From: Camelus ferus
Lineage: Eukaryota
NCBI RefSeq assembly: GCF_009834535.1
Contig: NC_045697.1
Location: 52,764,001-52,828,000, forward strand
DNA: 64,000 nt
Reading direction: 5' to 3'
Made by a program: the position numbers and the translations under genes. Below the pieces are notes generated by a model that made no database searches, was not told where the DNA came from, and saw only the letters and a list, made by a program, of their open reading frames with translations. Positions 26,640 through 40,700 of this stretch are shown here, piece by piece. Numbering within the stretch: the stretch's first letter is position 1; each line of letters opens with the position of its first letter.

Positions 26640-27945
26640 TGACAGCTGCAGCCCAAGCCACAAGGGAAGGTGGTCAGGTTAGGAGAATAGGTATATATAG
26701 AGGTCTCAACAAAAAGTATATTGAGGACATTGGAGCCAGGTTCTCACCAACAAAGAAGGAAGTGACAAATACGTAAAGGGATAAGTCTACAATGAAACTT
26801 GTGCTCAGAATTGCAGGTATTAGTGTGAACTCATTCAATATATATGGATAGATACAGAAAAAATAAGTGGATGTAAATATGTGTGTGTATGTATTTTCTA
26901 GCATTGTCCAATGAGAGGGCCTGGGAGCAGCAAAACATCTGTACTAATGAGCACATTTGCTGCAAAATTCTGGTTTCCAAATACTATTCTCCACTGGCCA
27001 AAACCAAGACCCTTAGAGAAACAGCCAGTTCCAGGACTGGGACAGAGAAAGTGTAAGATAAACCTGGAACATCTGGTTGTGCCAGAAAGTAAGGAAATGC
27101 TCAGAGAAAGACAGGATCAAATCAAAGAGACACCAAAGCTAGACTGAATAGGGCTCCCACAAGCCAAAACCAAGACAATTTGAGCACCAAAATAAATAAT
27201 GGTAGTTACAGATTATAACTCATTAAATAAAATAGGCCCACAGTAACATTAAAAGAATAAATAAATGGGAAGAATAAGTGCTCCCTTACAGTAAAAATGT
27301 CAAATAAATGTAAAGGCAATGATAGAATTAGAGCATTGCAAGCATCACATTAATAATATAGAGAAGAAACGTCAATGGACACTAAAACTGGTAGGTGAAA
27401 ATGGAATAAGGAATGGGATGGTTATACAGCCTCAAAATACCTCCTGACAAAATATTAATTACAAAGAGGAAAAATACATATAATAACTTTACAATGGGGA
27501 ATCTCTGTAAACACTTTAATCAAAGAAATCACTTCCAATAATGGACACACACACACACACTATATTCACCTGATATGATGATGTAAGAAAAGCATACACC
27601 ACTTCTGTGATATTTCTGCCCCAAATGCATACCCAGGTCAACCACAAGGAAACATCAGACAAATTCAAACTGAGGGATGTTCTACAAAATGACTGGCCTA
27701 TAATCCTCAAAAATGTAAAAACCCTGAAAGTCAAGGAAAAACTAAGGAAACATTTCCATTTAAAGAAGGCTGCACACACAAAACTGGGTGCAATACATGA
27801 TTCCTGACTGGTTCCTTTTGCTGAGGATGACAGTATTACAGAAGCTAATGAAACTAAATACGTTCTCTGGATAAGGAATATATAAGAGTTCTTTGTGCTA
27901 TTCTTTCCTAAAAACTTGAAAATGTTTCAAAATAAAATTTAAAAA
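26640..27945 (+). mobile_element. Old L1 3' UTR (L1MC3/L1MD-like)
   Basis: Motifs gaacatctggttgtgccagaaagtaaggaaatgctc and aaacatcagacaaattcaaactgagggatgttctacaaaatgactggcc. Confidence 0.75.
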
Positions 27946-29039
27946 TCACTTCTGCAAATGAACAGTTTCAGAGCTACACTTTTAATTAAACATACTGTAA
28001 AAGATGGCCTTAAGTTAGTTAACTGATATAAAACAAAAATGGAAGTTACACACCTGACACTAATACAATGTTATAGGTCAATTATATCTCAATCTTAAAA
28101 AAAACGGAAATGTTGAAAGAAAGGAGATTTTAAAAGTTCTCTTTAGGACTTAATTTAACATTTCTAACAGGTATTATTTTTCTCATATTTTTCAAGAAGT
28201 AACAAGTATTCTGCTTCAATATTATAATCAACTATCAATTATATCTGATCTGCATCAAATACACAATTGAAGAGAAGTACTACATGTGCTTTCATGTATC
28301 AAAAACTCCAAAGGTACAAAAATTCTTCAACTACATGAAGGAAAAAAGTCATTAATGGTAAAAGTAATCACACAGTAATTATTCTGCACTCAGAAATGTA
28401 AAACAAAAGCAAGCCTGTATCAGATGGTAAAAGTAAACTAAGGCCAGCCAAGTATTTGCAATTTCCAAAACTACACTTCTGAAAAGATGATCATACTTAC
28501 TTCCATCCCTTCTCCCCACCAAAAAGCATAACATATTAAATAAGGTTGTCAGATAACACAACTGTTAAGATAATACTTGGTCAACAGCCATTCAAAGTGA
28601 TGGTTCAGAGTATATTTACTGACATAAATTTATTGACTTAAAAAATTCACAAGTGAAAAGCCTGGTCTATGTATAGTAGGGACCCATTTGTATGTTTTAA
28701 AATACGTACAAACAAAATGTGACAGAAAAGATTAGGAAGTAATATCACAAAATACAACAATTATCTCTGAAGATGTGATTATGAGTAATTTTTCTTTTCT
28801 TTTCTTATCAGTATTTCATGATTACTCCACATGTGTATGACACCAAAAATGAAAGTATTACTTAAATTTAAAGGTTTCTATTTTCTCTTCCACCATTATA
28901 TTCTTGGTTACCCTTATAAAATTGTCCTAGCAGTACGAGGACTATCATAATATAGTTAATATCTGGTAACAAAAGACTTCTCTTAAATACAAGGTCTATC
29001 GGAATACCACCTTTTAATATCATTTTATCAATTATAGAT

Positions 29040-29290
29040 AAGGCAATATGAGGCAGGTTCTTTGGATCTAGACTGCCAAGATTCATATCTCAGCTACCCT
29101 ACTGACTGGCTACATAATTTTGAGCAAATTATTTAACCAGTTCTTTGTCAGTTTCTAAGTAGAAAAGTTTGGCAGTTTCTTCATCTGTAAAAATGGTATT
29201 CCTGCTAGTTATTAAACTGAGTTACTGATTTAAAGCATTTAGTGCCTGGCACAGAGTAAACGCTTAGCAAGCTATTTTTACTATTATTAT
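29040..29290 (+). mobile_element. MIR SINE, representative. Other MIR-like pieces lie near 830, 4650, 7300, 11940, 21280, 37750, 41700, 42240, 51720, 53940, 54300 and 57710.
   Basis: MIR core: ttgagcaaattatttaac...tttcttcatctgtaaaaatgg...aaagcatttagtgcctggcacagagtaa. Confidence 0.7.
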
Positions 29291-32200
29291 TTTTATTATT
29301 AACTTCTTTTAAAGGTGAGGATACTGAAGCACTAAAACCAGGTCATCTGCCTGAAAACAAAGATGCTGGGATGGGGGGGGGCGCTGGGGAGCAGGGTTTG
29401 AAGGAGAGAAGAGAGAAGTACAAGAGGGAGAGAGACAGAAAGAGACACATGAACACAGCGAAAACCCTGGGTCTTCTTTCCTAAACTGCTATTCTTTTGA
29501 AAACACAAATGGAAGTTATCTGGCATAAGGCTCAATAAATAGTTCCTTCCTTTCTTCCTTCCTTTCCTAACCTTCTCTTTGTTTCTTTCCATACAGAAAT
29601 AGACCCGGTTTATACTCATTCACATTCCTAAACCACCTTTCCTACAGACTTCCATTTTAAAGTTAACTATACTTGTTTTAACTCTGTTCCAACTAAGTAG
29701 CCTTACATTAGGAAATTATACCTTGGTCTTTTCCAAGTCAAATGTTTCTGTGGAATTCCATCACTCAGAAGAGATCTGCAATCTAAAAATGCTAGAAACT
29801 TAGATAACACTCAATAAATCTTTAGAGTGATTGTTAAGAACTCACTCAGATCCTAAATTTCTCTGAATTTTATATGCATAAAATGTCAGAAGAAAAACCG
29901 TACATCAAGAGACCTGTGTTTCAATTCTACCCAGACCATTGATTAGGCCAGTAACCTGAAGTTCGTGATTTTGCCAATTTAGCAAAAAAGAGGGGAGTAA
30001 GCTGTATTACTGACAGATCCTATCTAGCTACCAAATTCTACAGCATCTTGAACAAATCTGAAAATGGCCAATTCACAGGCAATTTCATGCCTCTATGACA
30101 TTTCCTCTGACTGAAATCTCTCATGTCCTCTTACCCTTTCAGAGAACTCTTGTTACATCTTTCATTAACTATCCATCACTTCTTCAATGAGACCCTCCTC
30201 CTGCTCAAACAGAACAAACTGCTTTGTATTCTTTGGACCCCAGTGCTTGTATAGCATCTACTATAGATGACTATTTATAAACTGTCTACCATTTCTGGAG
30301 TCTCACATCTTGCACAATGCCTAGCACACAAGAGGTGCTAAGGATGTGTTTAAAGATTTGAGTCTACGAAGTTAAATTAGGTTCCTGTAAAGTTTTTGCA
30401 TGCACCACCTGGGAGTTTAGCTTAATTTCAAGATACGCATAGACCAATTTGCAGCACAACCAAAGCTTTGTCCCTGTCAGATTTACATGTGCAGTGCAAA
30501 TTTATTCTGAGCCATTTGTACAAAAGTGACACAAAGGCATCACTGCTGTAGATTATCTAAACACTCTGAATATTACCTAGCTACCTCACCTTCTTATCCA
30601 AAACCTCTTAATCCTGCTCTACTTTGTTCCATGGCACTTATCGACCTCCTACCATACTATATGATGTACTGATGTTCAGTGTTTAATGGTCATTTACCAG
30701 AACATAAGTTCCACCAATGCAGGAATTTTTGTCTCTTTTGTTCATAAATGATACTCAGTGCCTACATCAGTGCCTGCAAAATGATTTTTTTAAATCAATC
30801 TTTCCTTCTTTCTTAAAGTCCTCAAGAGTTATGAGTCATCACCTTCATAACCCTATCTCACAATGCCCTTATTTCCTCAGCTTCAACCACTTATAGTAGC
30901 CTTACAAGTAAGCTTCCAAGAACTGGAGGAAAATATTTGTATTTAACTTTTAAACTGCAACTCTTAACTTCTCTGCTTATTTGGTGGTATAGAAATATTC
31001 AAGAAACTATACCAAATAACAAATAGACTGAATAACCAAAACTGTTCTTTCACTTCTGATAATAATTATTTCTATTTATGAGGTCTTCACTTCAGATTTT
31101 AAACTACTAGTGGACAAAAATCAAAACCAAAAATGTTAGGTTTAACTTTTTGGGACTGTCAAACACATGGGCAAAACAAGTTGAGAATTTATCAACTGCT
31201 ACAATGTAACCTCACTGGAAAACTGTGTTCCAAATAGTGCAAAATAGTTTCAAAGAGTAACAGTGCTATCTATATACATTAGTTAGGGCAAGATTTTTCT
31301 TATGTAGCTAATAATATACTTAAGGAAAAATGAATTTATCCTCTGCATGTCTGTAATTATTAAATACTGAGCCATGGAAAAATAGAATACTATTGTATTT
31401 ATATTCAGGAAATACCACCAAAACCTTCTCTATCCCCTAGTTTCAGCCAAATATGGTTCTCTTCCCTTCTTCAACCAATTTTAGCCACGAGTTCCCAAAG
31501 ACACAGGCCCATCAAAAGCAGTCAAGACATCATCTACATTGCTATTTCAAAGACAGCTTTTAAATTCTTGAAGAAATCAAACATCAGCAATGGAAAAAAC
31601 ACTCAAGAGAAGAAGCTTCAAGCCGAGATGCTTGGATATCTTGATTCAAAATAGGCAACAAAAGACTTTGATGAGGTCACTCAGTCCTCTCATCTAGCAC
31701 TACTTATCTGACAAACTCAGTATCAACTTCTAGAATCAGCCTAAGAAAAACGTTTCACAAGCTCAAACATGTTAGGCAGGCTGACACAAGCCAGGCACCC
31801 CCTGTACATATCAGAAATATTAGCAAGTCCGCCTGCCGTTTAGCCTTCTGAGATCGCTCAGTTTTGCTTAAACACCCTAAAAAGGATTAATATTCTAGAT
31901 ATGGACATGTGAAAAGAAGGGTCAATTAAATACTCAGGTTTCAGGTGTCAATGAGATGACTAAATATTATAGGAGATGGGGAAAGAAGAGTATTAGAACA
32001 AAAACAAATAATCTTTAAATACTGATTTTCTCCACAACAGTAAAGGAGCATTTGGGATAAGTTTCAGTCTCTGAGTTTTTATTAGCTTTCCAACCACAGA
32101 TTAAACATAGGTAAATCACAACGAAGCCTTCAAAAGAGGAATTCCCCCGGTGTAAGGTCCTGTTTACCGAGGACCTGAGCCTTGTCTACTGCCACCATAC

Positions 32201-32399
32201 TCCCGCCGGCCATCCTAGCCTTCTGCCCATCCCCCTCAACTCGTCTGCAATGAACGATAAGGGAAATAATGACCAGCACTAAATGTGACGTTGAGTTGGC
32301 ATTTACAAATGATTTGCAAAACAACTCCCTAATCAACCTAGGGCACACTACCTAGACCCTATTTGGCGGTTGTCTAAGAAGATAAAGTGGGCACTCTTC

Positions 32400-33600
32400 A
32401 GGGGAGCATGCTGGGAGGAGGGGCACCTTGGGGAAGCAAGACCCCAGACGGTCACCTGGGGGTCCTGACCCGCAAGCAGCCTCGTTAACTGTTACGTCCA
32501 CAGGACTTGTCACTCCAACTTCCCACTCCTAAAACCTACGTGGGGAGTAGTAAAAAAGGTCCTGGGTGACGGGAGAAAGTAGGGGCTCTATCTTCTGTGC
32601 TTGGGACGCCCCCCCCCCAAAAAAAGCAATGAACAGGAGAGACGGAGACAAGCGACGGGGCACACGCCGGATACGCGTCTTGCGGGAGAGTGAGATCTCT
32701 GTAGAGCGTGCAAACAAACGCAGGAGAGCGAGAGGTGGGGTGATGGAGAAATGCGGCGCGGCATATGCTGAGGTTGGGGGTCCGGGGAGAGAGAGCCTCC
32801 CTGGGAGCTGGGGGGTTCCCCGCGTGCTCGAAGCGGGCCGGGGAGGCGGTGGCCCTCAGGCAGCGCGAACGCTCAGGGCCGGTTCCCGGAGACCTCGGGG
32901 GGAACGCCCGGCGCGGGCAGCGCGAGAGGCCGGGCGGGGGCCCGAGGCCCAGGTCGCCCAAACAAAGCCGGCGCGCGCGGGCCTTGACTACTCACAACAA
33001 GAAGCTCATGTCGGCCGCGGTGCAGGCTGCGGGCGCGGCGGTCGCGAGGCCTTGGGGCGGCGGCGGCCAGGCAAGGAGAAGGAGGAGGAGGAGAGGATGG
33101 GGAGGAGGCGCGGAGCGCCGGCTGTTCGGCCGCCGCAACTTGTTCGGCTTTGCTAGTTCCAATGGCAGGCAGAGGGGGCGGAAGTGGGAAGCGCACGGCT
33201 TGAATCACTCAATGGGAGGGGAAGGAAAGGGAGGCGTGGAAAAGGCCGCTAGCCTGCTCCCGGGAGAACAGCCGCCGCGGATCCTCCACCTCCAGTCCCC
33301 TGTCCCTTGCTACTCCCACCTCGCGAGCTCTCGCGAGAGCGGCGCGCGCCCACCCCTGCCCCTCCCGCTGCGGCCCCAGTCCTCACATTCCGAGCACCTT
33401 TGCAGCCGCGGACCGCGCCCCGCGAGGACCCTGGGGCCGCCCGGCCGGTGGAGACCAGGCCACCCGATTGGGGGTCGTGGCCGAGCGCTCCGAGCTGCTT
33501 AGCTGGGTTTCCGCGGTCAGGAAGGAAGTGGGCTTCAACTCTGGGGTGGCTCAGTCCTGCAGTGAGGGATGAATTGCCGCCAGAGTTCTGCCCACTGTGA
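32400..33600 (-). promoter_or_regulatory. MOB1B: MOB1B CpG island, promoter and 5' UTR
   Basis: Sharp rise in GC and CpG. Contains CCAAT at 33159-33163, an overlapping GC box and ETS site GGGGCGGAAGTG at 33175-33186, and TCTCGCGAGA at 33329-33338. The TSS cannot be fixed from sequence. Confidence 0.88.
32996..33009 (-). CDS. MOB1B: MOB1B (MOB kinase activator 1B) coding exon 1, MSFL(F)
   Basis: Minus strand reads gccgacATG AGC TTC TTG TT|gtgagt within a CpG island. It has a good Kozak context and a canonical phase-2 donor that joins exon 2 in frame. Confidence 0.95.
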
Positions 33601-36379
33601 GGGCTGAGTTGAAAGGTTATGGAGTCTCCCTGCTAGGTGTATAAAAACAGGAGGGAATTTCATCTGTTTGGAATGGTTTGGGTGTGGTTCCCCCAGAAAA
33701 GAGGAAAGGATCTAAATGGGTTTTCAAGGTCTCTGTCGTGTTATGGGCATATTTTAAAACCCTGAACTAGGAGATGGTCGGGGTCCATCACTGTCTCTAC
33801 AGGCAAGCCAGGCTGTCGTCAGCAGCTGGGAAAACTGCTGTGGTGACATATTGAAGGTATGTGGAGCATTTTAAAATAGTCTAAAGCCTTGCCCTGGGCC
33901 CCTTAGCTATGAAATGCAAGTCCCTCTATGACGGGGACTGAATCCTTTCTAGCTTCTAGAATGTCTTGTCCATCAGAGTGCTGGATGGCTGTAATGGACT
34001 TGAGCCTCACAAATGCTTAACTAGCGTTGTCACTGATGACCAGGCTACCACAGCATTGTCAGTTTGGGTACCCATTAATTTACAAAGAGATGTCCATCTT
34101 CTTTACTCACAACACCCATCAAATCCACAAATCAGTTTTCAAAGAATCTGAACAAAACTTAAAATATGTGCTGCTAGTAACCCACTTTGGGCTAATAGAA
34201 TGCCAATATGAAATGTACTCTGCTGAGTTTATGCACTATTAGTTTGGCATGTTGGTAAATCAAACCATTTTTAAAAACAGAAGAAATTATTGAAGATTTG
34301 ATGCTATCTCAGGAACAGCAGAGGTCACTGGAGTAATTTGAAAAGACCAAAGTTTCCAAAGATGCTGGGAAGGAGAGGAAAGGAAGAGTTATCTTACTAT
34401 AATGAAAAGAATGGATTTATGGCATAAAAGCCCTGTGTTCCAGATCTTGGTATGGTACTACCTTACTCTATAATTCCTTAAGGGTTTTCTGAAAGTAAGA
34501 CTTGAATTACCAGATTAGGATATTATCTTTTACTTTGGGAAGAGTAAGTCAGTTAACCTATTGGAACAACAGTTTCGCCCCTTTAAAATGAGGGCCTTAG
34601 TATTACACAATCCAAAGATATCTTCCAGTTCTAAAATTCTGTCATGCCAGGGGCTTCCTTCACATGACTGGCAGTCAACTTCCATCTGCTCCCTGACTTG
34701 GTAGGCTGGCTTATGTACTGGTGCTTTTGGTTTAACACAGTTTAAATGAATTCCTGTGACTCTGAGTCAGCACAATGATTGGCAGAGAACAGACTCTGCA
34801 AAAACACCTGCTGAGTTCTTCTTTATCATACCATTAGGAGAATTGTCTGAAATTAACAGCTGATAAAACTTAAATATATTGGTCCTAAAAACATGAGAAG
34901 TGTCATGTTAATAATAGAGAATATAATTCCAGAGGTTAGACATTTAAATCAAACAATGGGCTATCACTTAAAATTATTCAACACTTCAAAACTTTGGGGC
35001 AATTTAGAATCAAAGAGAGAGTATATTCAAATAGAGATTTCTAATTCCGATTTCTGCTTCACCAGTCAATATTTCATACCGCTCTTTTCCTAAAATTTCA
35101 ATTTCAAGAAGTTACTCTCCTGATCAAACTCTTATTTTGTTGATAAATCTTTGCTTATGAAGCAAGATTATTAAAGTTTGTATTCTAACCACGTTTTCAA
35201 ACAATTGGAATTATAACACAAATAGAATGAATATTCTTCACTTTCTTCAGATATTCACTTAAGTTACTTTCTTGTAATAATAAACAAGTAAGTATATTTA
35301 CATATAAATATAAACAAACAAGATAATTATAAATTGTGGTGTGATATAATATAATGAGACTCACAGGCCTAAGCCAGAGATCTGGATTTTATCTGAAGAA
35401 CATCGAGAAGTCAGTTGGGAAGTAAAATAGTAAGGTAAAATAAATAATCTGAATAACATTTTATTTTTTTAATGTGGAAAATTTCAAACATATACAAAGG
35501 GGAAGAAATTAGCATAACAAATCCATCACACAGCTTCAACAATTATCAGCTCATGATCCTTGGCTAACATTTTAGACAGATCACTCCCCTTGTGGAAAAT
35601 GGACTAGAGGGGCCAACATGTCAGCAGGGAAGCCAGAAGACTGTTGTAACAGTTCAGTTGTTTCTCAACAATTGTGACTTGGTTTAGGGTGGTGTCATTA
35701 ATAATAGAAGAAAATAATCTCCAGGTAAAACCAACAGCACTTGGTGACTGATTGATTGATTGATTATGGGGATTGGAGAAAAGACTTCAAAGATTACTCC
35801 TGTTTTTTGGCTTTAGTAACAGGTGGGTGGTGCTGCCATTTATTGAAGTAGGGAAAATCTGAGTCACAATTTTGAGGTGAAACTAAAAGTTCCATTTTAG
35901 ATATGTTAACACTTAAATGTCTTTTAGACATCAAAATAGCCATGTCAGGTAGAGTTTTGACTACTGTGCAAAGCCTGGGGAGAGATCTGAACTGGAAGGA
36001 TGAATGCAGGACTCCTAAGTAAATAAGTAGAATTCAGAGCCATAAGGTGGGCTTCCAAATAGGAATTTATATGCCATATAAGAACAGGCATAGCAAAGTG
36101 TTACGTTTAAGCATCTGTGTTCTGTCTTCTTTTCTCAGATATTTCAAATTTCTGATCACCATTTACTTCCTCTCCCTTGGCTGTATTTATATTCTCCTTT
36201 TCTCTCAGGGTGAGGGTTTCTACAACCTTAAGGAAAATGATTCATCATACTTTGTTACAGCATAAATTAATCACTTCCAATGTGTTAATTAACATGTTAC
36301 CCTTCCCCAAGAAGACACCATTAGAGCCAAGTTTCCAAACAGATGAAAGGAAATTTCTCCTTATAGAAATATTTCAGTT

Positions 36380-37190
36380 TTAAAGAAAAGAAATAGGAAT
36401 GATTGAATTATTATTAGAATATCACCATTTTTGCAACCCCTACTGGATTAATGGCTCTAGACACTGATCACCAACAGCTGAGAGAGACAAGCACATTGTA
36501 TGTGCATCCTGATGGAAGAATATATCATCACCTGTAAAGAAGTCTTGACAACAAAATAGAACCTGAATCTGGTCAAGCCTTTAAATCAAATTTATCAACT
36601 TACAGAAATACAGGGAACAGAAGAATATGGTAAAGAACATGTGAAATGACACCACCTGGATGCAGTCAGCAAAATCCAAACTGGGGAAACTGTGCAGGAT
36701 CTAATTTCTTCACTAAATGGATTGCAGGGAAAAGTAGAGCTGAAGGAGAAACTTAGAGGTCGAAAGAAATATGAGACATATCAACCAACGGTAATGTGTA
36801 GATTAATTTGCATCCCTGATTCAAACAAGCAATCTGAAAAAGAATAACAACAAATAGTTATTTGTTATAAATGTCATTTATAGACAATTGAAAAATTTAA
36901 ACACTGGATATTTGATGTTACTAAGGAGTGATTATTAATTGCGGTGATGATGTTGTGGCTATGTTTTTATAAGAGCCCTTATTTTTTAGAAATATGTACT
37001 GAAATATTTACAGATGAAATAATACTGGGATTTGCTTCAGAATAATGTGTGAGAGGAAAGGAAGTAGGAGTGTAGAGGAAGCAAGATTGGCTGTGAGTAA
37101 TAATTGTTGAAGCCAGGTGATGAGCACGTTAGGATCATTATACTGTGCTGTCTGCTTTTGTTTAGTTTTGAAATTTTCTATAAGGAAAAG
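36380..37190 (+). mobile_element. Old L1 3' UTR (L1MC4/5-like)
   Basis: Motifs atcaccatttttgcaacccctactgg and gaaatatttacagatgaaat...gggatttgcttcagaataat. Confidence 0.7.
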
Positions 37191-37672
37191 AAAGTGAGCA
37201 AATAACAGGTCTCATTCTGAAAAGGCCGAGGAAAAGTGTTATTATTAATAAGAATTCAAATATTCAAATGTTGATATAGAAGATGAATTTTGAGACTAAA
37301 GAGTTCTTTCCTTGCCCTCACATTCTCCGGCTTTTTCTGCCTGTATCTAAAAAGGTGTTCTTTTATCTGTAAAACTCAAAGCAAATGCTCCGAATGCCAG
37401 AGAGAAGAAATGCTGGATTCAAACCCTGTGGCTAAATCTGAGCCTCAGTTATTTCTTGGGTAGCTGTTCTTTTCTGATTCAGAAATGTGATCTGACTCTG
37501 AAAGAATAGATACCTGAACAACAAACACTAGATAAAGTATACCTGGGCAGCAGATCCTTAGTAACCTGATAAAACGCGTTCTGTTGTGCAGGACTGTTTT
37601 GGTTACATAATATCTAGATTGATGTGGTAATTGGTCCTTCTAATTAGTTTATTACATAATAGTATTTTCATT

Positions 37673-37746
37673 TTTTTAGCTATCATTGACTGAATATTTC
37701 TTTTTAGCTATCATTGACTGAATTTTTTAGCTATCATTGACTGAAT
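37673..37746. repeat. Three exact copies of the 23-mer TTTTTAGCTATCATTGACTGAAT
   Basis: Copies at 37673-37695, 37701-37723 and 37724-37746. Confidence 0.95.
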
Positions 37747-40700
37747 ATGGGTCAGTCACTCTGCTAGGCTTTTCGTATATTTTACCCCTTTCATTTATTC
37801 CTTGCACTGCCCCTGAGGTATTGATATCAGGTGTTATTTCCCTCTTGTATAGACAGGGAAGCTAGTGATGAGAGGTTATGTACGTAACTTGCTCAAGATC
37901 ACATAGCTAGTAAGTACAATCTGAATTCAGTACAGCCCATTTCCTTCCCCTCTTCCCAGGATGACCTAAATTAGAATGAATATATTCTAAATGAATTTTG
38001 GCATGCTACACAATTCCACTTCACATAGCTAGCAATTCATCTTGATCCTTAATCAGTGCTCTTTAGATTTTAATTCTGTATCTTCATTAACTACAAACAA
38101 ATGAATAATTATAAATGCTCCTCAAGGACATATTATTTTAATGTCATAGAAAAGAATGAAAGTATTAAATGTTGGTTCATGAGGCTTGGTGTCTCTCTGC
38201 ATTCATTTGTCACTAAAAGCCATAAAGCATCAAAGCACAAAGCTTTTTATTTAATAATGTTACAGTGGAAGAAGGATCTTCCCTTGATCCCAAACCTAAC
38301 CCCTACCCTTCCCTTCAAGCTGTTCATTCCTTTAAGAATGAAGTTTGGGCATGAGAATGCTAGAAGTAAGAGAATGATGAGGTGCAAATCATTCATTACC
38401 CACTCAACAAGTATTTATTGTCTGTTATGGGCCTCTGTGAGCAAAAAACAAGGATATACCCTGCCATCATGAATCTGTAGATCATTGGGAAATACAGGCA
38501 ATCAAACAAAAGCAAAATTAGAAATTGAGTAAGAAATTGTCAGGAAGGAAAGTCCATGTTGTATGTGAGTGTTTTACAGGTGCCTCGCATATTTTGATGG
38601 TCAGAGAATTGGATCCTGTGCATTCAGAAATGAATAGTATGTATTTACTCCTGGCGTTTAAATTCATGTTATATATATAAACAACATAGTTTAATAAAGC
38701 TTGTACTTCCCCTCTCATCATTGCCAAACGCTTTCGTTGTCTTGAAGCACTGTGATACAGAAATTCATTTTTGTTTTTGAGAAGCCAATCTTTTAGAACT
38801 TTTCAGAAGGTGCTACTTTGAGTATAATTTTGAGGATCTAGGTTTATGGGACAATATCCTAAAAGATTTCTTGCATAGACCTTGCACTTGCTCAGTAAGT
38901 GTTGAATTTCTTGATCTGACAAGTTTACTATTGTTTTTAATTAATTGTTTTTCCCACTAAACTTAAACCATGTAGCCACTTTTCCAGTCAGCTGCAGGGG
39001 GGAAGGAGGAGAAAGACTCCTTTTTGAAACTATTCAGAGCTGCTTTTCCCCAATTGATAGGACATTGCCAAGGTCAGAAAGCCTAAAATTAACTCCAGCA
39101 GCTGTGTTTTGGTTTGCTTCATATAGCACACGGGCTCAGGGGGCTCAATCTGCAAGTCTTGCTTGCTGCTTAAATCTGCTGTGCTCTTAAATGTGTTTGC
39201 CTGGAGTGTGCGTTGTGCACAAGATGTGGTAACTAAGCAGCTTGAAAGAATATGGGGACTAAACAAATACGTCTCTCCTTTAATCTGAAAAAAAAAAGCC
39301 TAGCAACAGTGTGGTGGGTGTAGGGGTGGGGGATGGAGGGGTCTGAGCATGTCAGATGAGAGGCTTAATTTCTAACCTTGCTGAAGTTTCCCAGAGAGCA
39401 GGCTGCTGACGTGCTGTCAAAGACCAGGAGATGATGGTGTAGTTTCAAGGAGTCTATGTTTTTAGCCCACCCATCTCCATGAGGTCCTTAGCATGAAGGA
39501 CCATATATAGGCAGAGAGAGTATCCGAACTGGCTGCAACTTAAAAATACCCTAAGAATCAGCAGCTGTTACTTTCACCCACACAAATTCACTGTTGGCTT
39601 AATTAAATTGTGCCTGTTCTCAAGCCCTGCAACCCTTTGGGTTGTGCCCTAGGTAGTTAGGCTGCCTCCCCCATCTCCATTCCGTTCCTCAGTGTAACTT
39701 ACAGCAGAATGGATGAATGCAAAGGGTCACCTTATGAGCAGTCTGGTTTGCATCAATGTAAGTAATGAAATGTGGAAGTCAAGTCTTGAATCCCTGCCTG
39801 TGTAACCACTGGACTCCGGGGACCCTAGGCAGTCCCTAGTCTTGGCCATTTGTTCTCTCTTGCTCATGGCTGTTACCGCACCCTCTTCTTGGCATCTCTC
39901 TTATGTTTTCCATTGTTGTCATAGTCACAACCTGAACAAGCCACAGTCCTCTTAGAGCTGGAGACACGAGCTACTGCTTTACATGGTATAATTCCCCTGT
40001 CCTGAACCAACAGGAATCTGGCCCCATAGTCAAACCATTTGTTTTCCCTCAGGAGAAATATTCCAACTCTCCCAGATCACTGTCCTTAAGGTTGTTTGGC
40101 ATCAGGGCAACCAGGAAGCATCTATAGGGAAGGAGACCAAGATACTCAGTCCCACCCTGAAATATCTGACCCAGAATATCCAGATCCCTTATTTATAGTT
40201 TGTATTCTGTGTTTCCACACCAGTCATTCCTTTTGAGTACAGGACAAAGGGATTTAGTAAAATAAAACCACAATGGGCAGGAAAATTTCCTATCCAAAGT
40301 AGAACTTTTAAAGGAGGCGATCTTCTAATGCACTCCTTATGAAGGATCTATCTGAGATCGCCCTGGAACCCTGCAGAATTAGGGACCATTTACAACATTC
40401 AGTCAGTAACATTCATTGAAGATCTACCATGAACCAGTTACCCATGGTAAGGGTGATGGTACAAAAGAAATACACAACATTACAACCCTCAAGGAGCTGG
40501 TTTCTAGTGGCAGAGATTCACATATAAATAACATAATTACAGCATGAAATCATCCCTCTTGTAACAGGATTATACGGAAAGGGCTATAGGAACCCAGCTA
40601 GTGAGTGTTAATTTGAGGAGGAAGATTGGATCAGAGAGAGTTTTACCCAAAAAGCAAGTCCTAAAGGGTTAGTAGATTTTCTCCAGGTAAGGAAGGTGAT

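Larger units (their letters stand above)
2595..32995 (-). other. MOB1B: MOB1B intron 1 (about 30.4 kb, GT-AG)
   Basis: Bounded by the exon 1 donor and the exon 2 acceptor. Bases 1-2427 are intron 2. Confidence 0.9.

Noticed and set aside
32536..33600. Long overlapping ORFs (up to 245 aa) in the MOB1B CpG island
   Set aside because: Arg/Gly/Pro-rich products are expected from stop-codon scarcity in GC-rich DNA. Only the 14-nt spliced exon matches a known protein.
37673..37746. Short direct repeats resembling a CRISPR array
   Set aside because: Eukaryotic context, spacers of 0-5 nt, and no cas genes.
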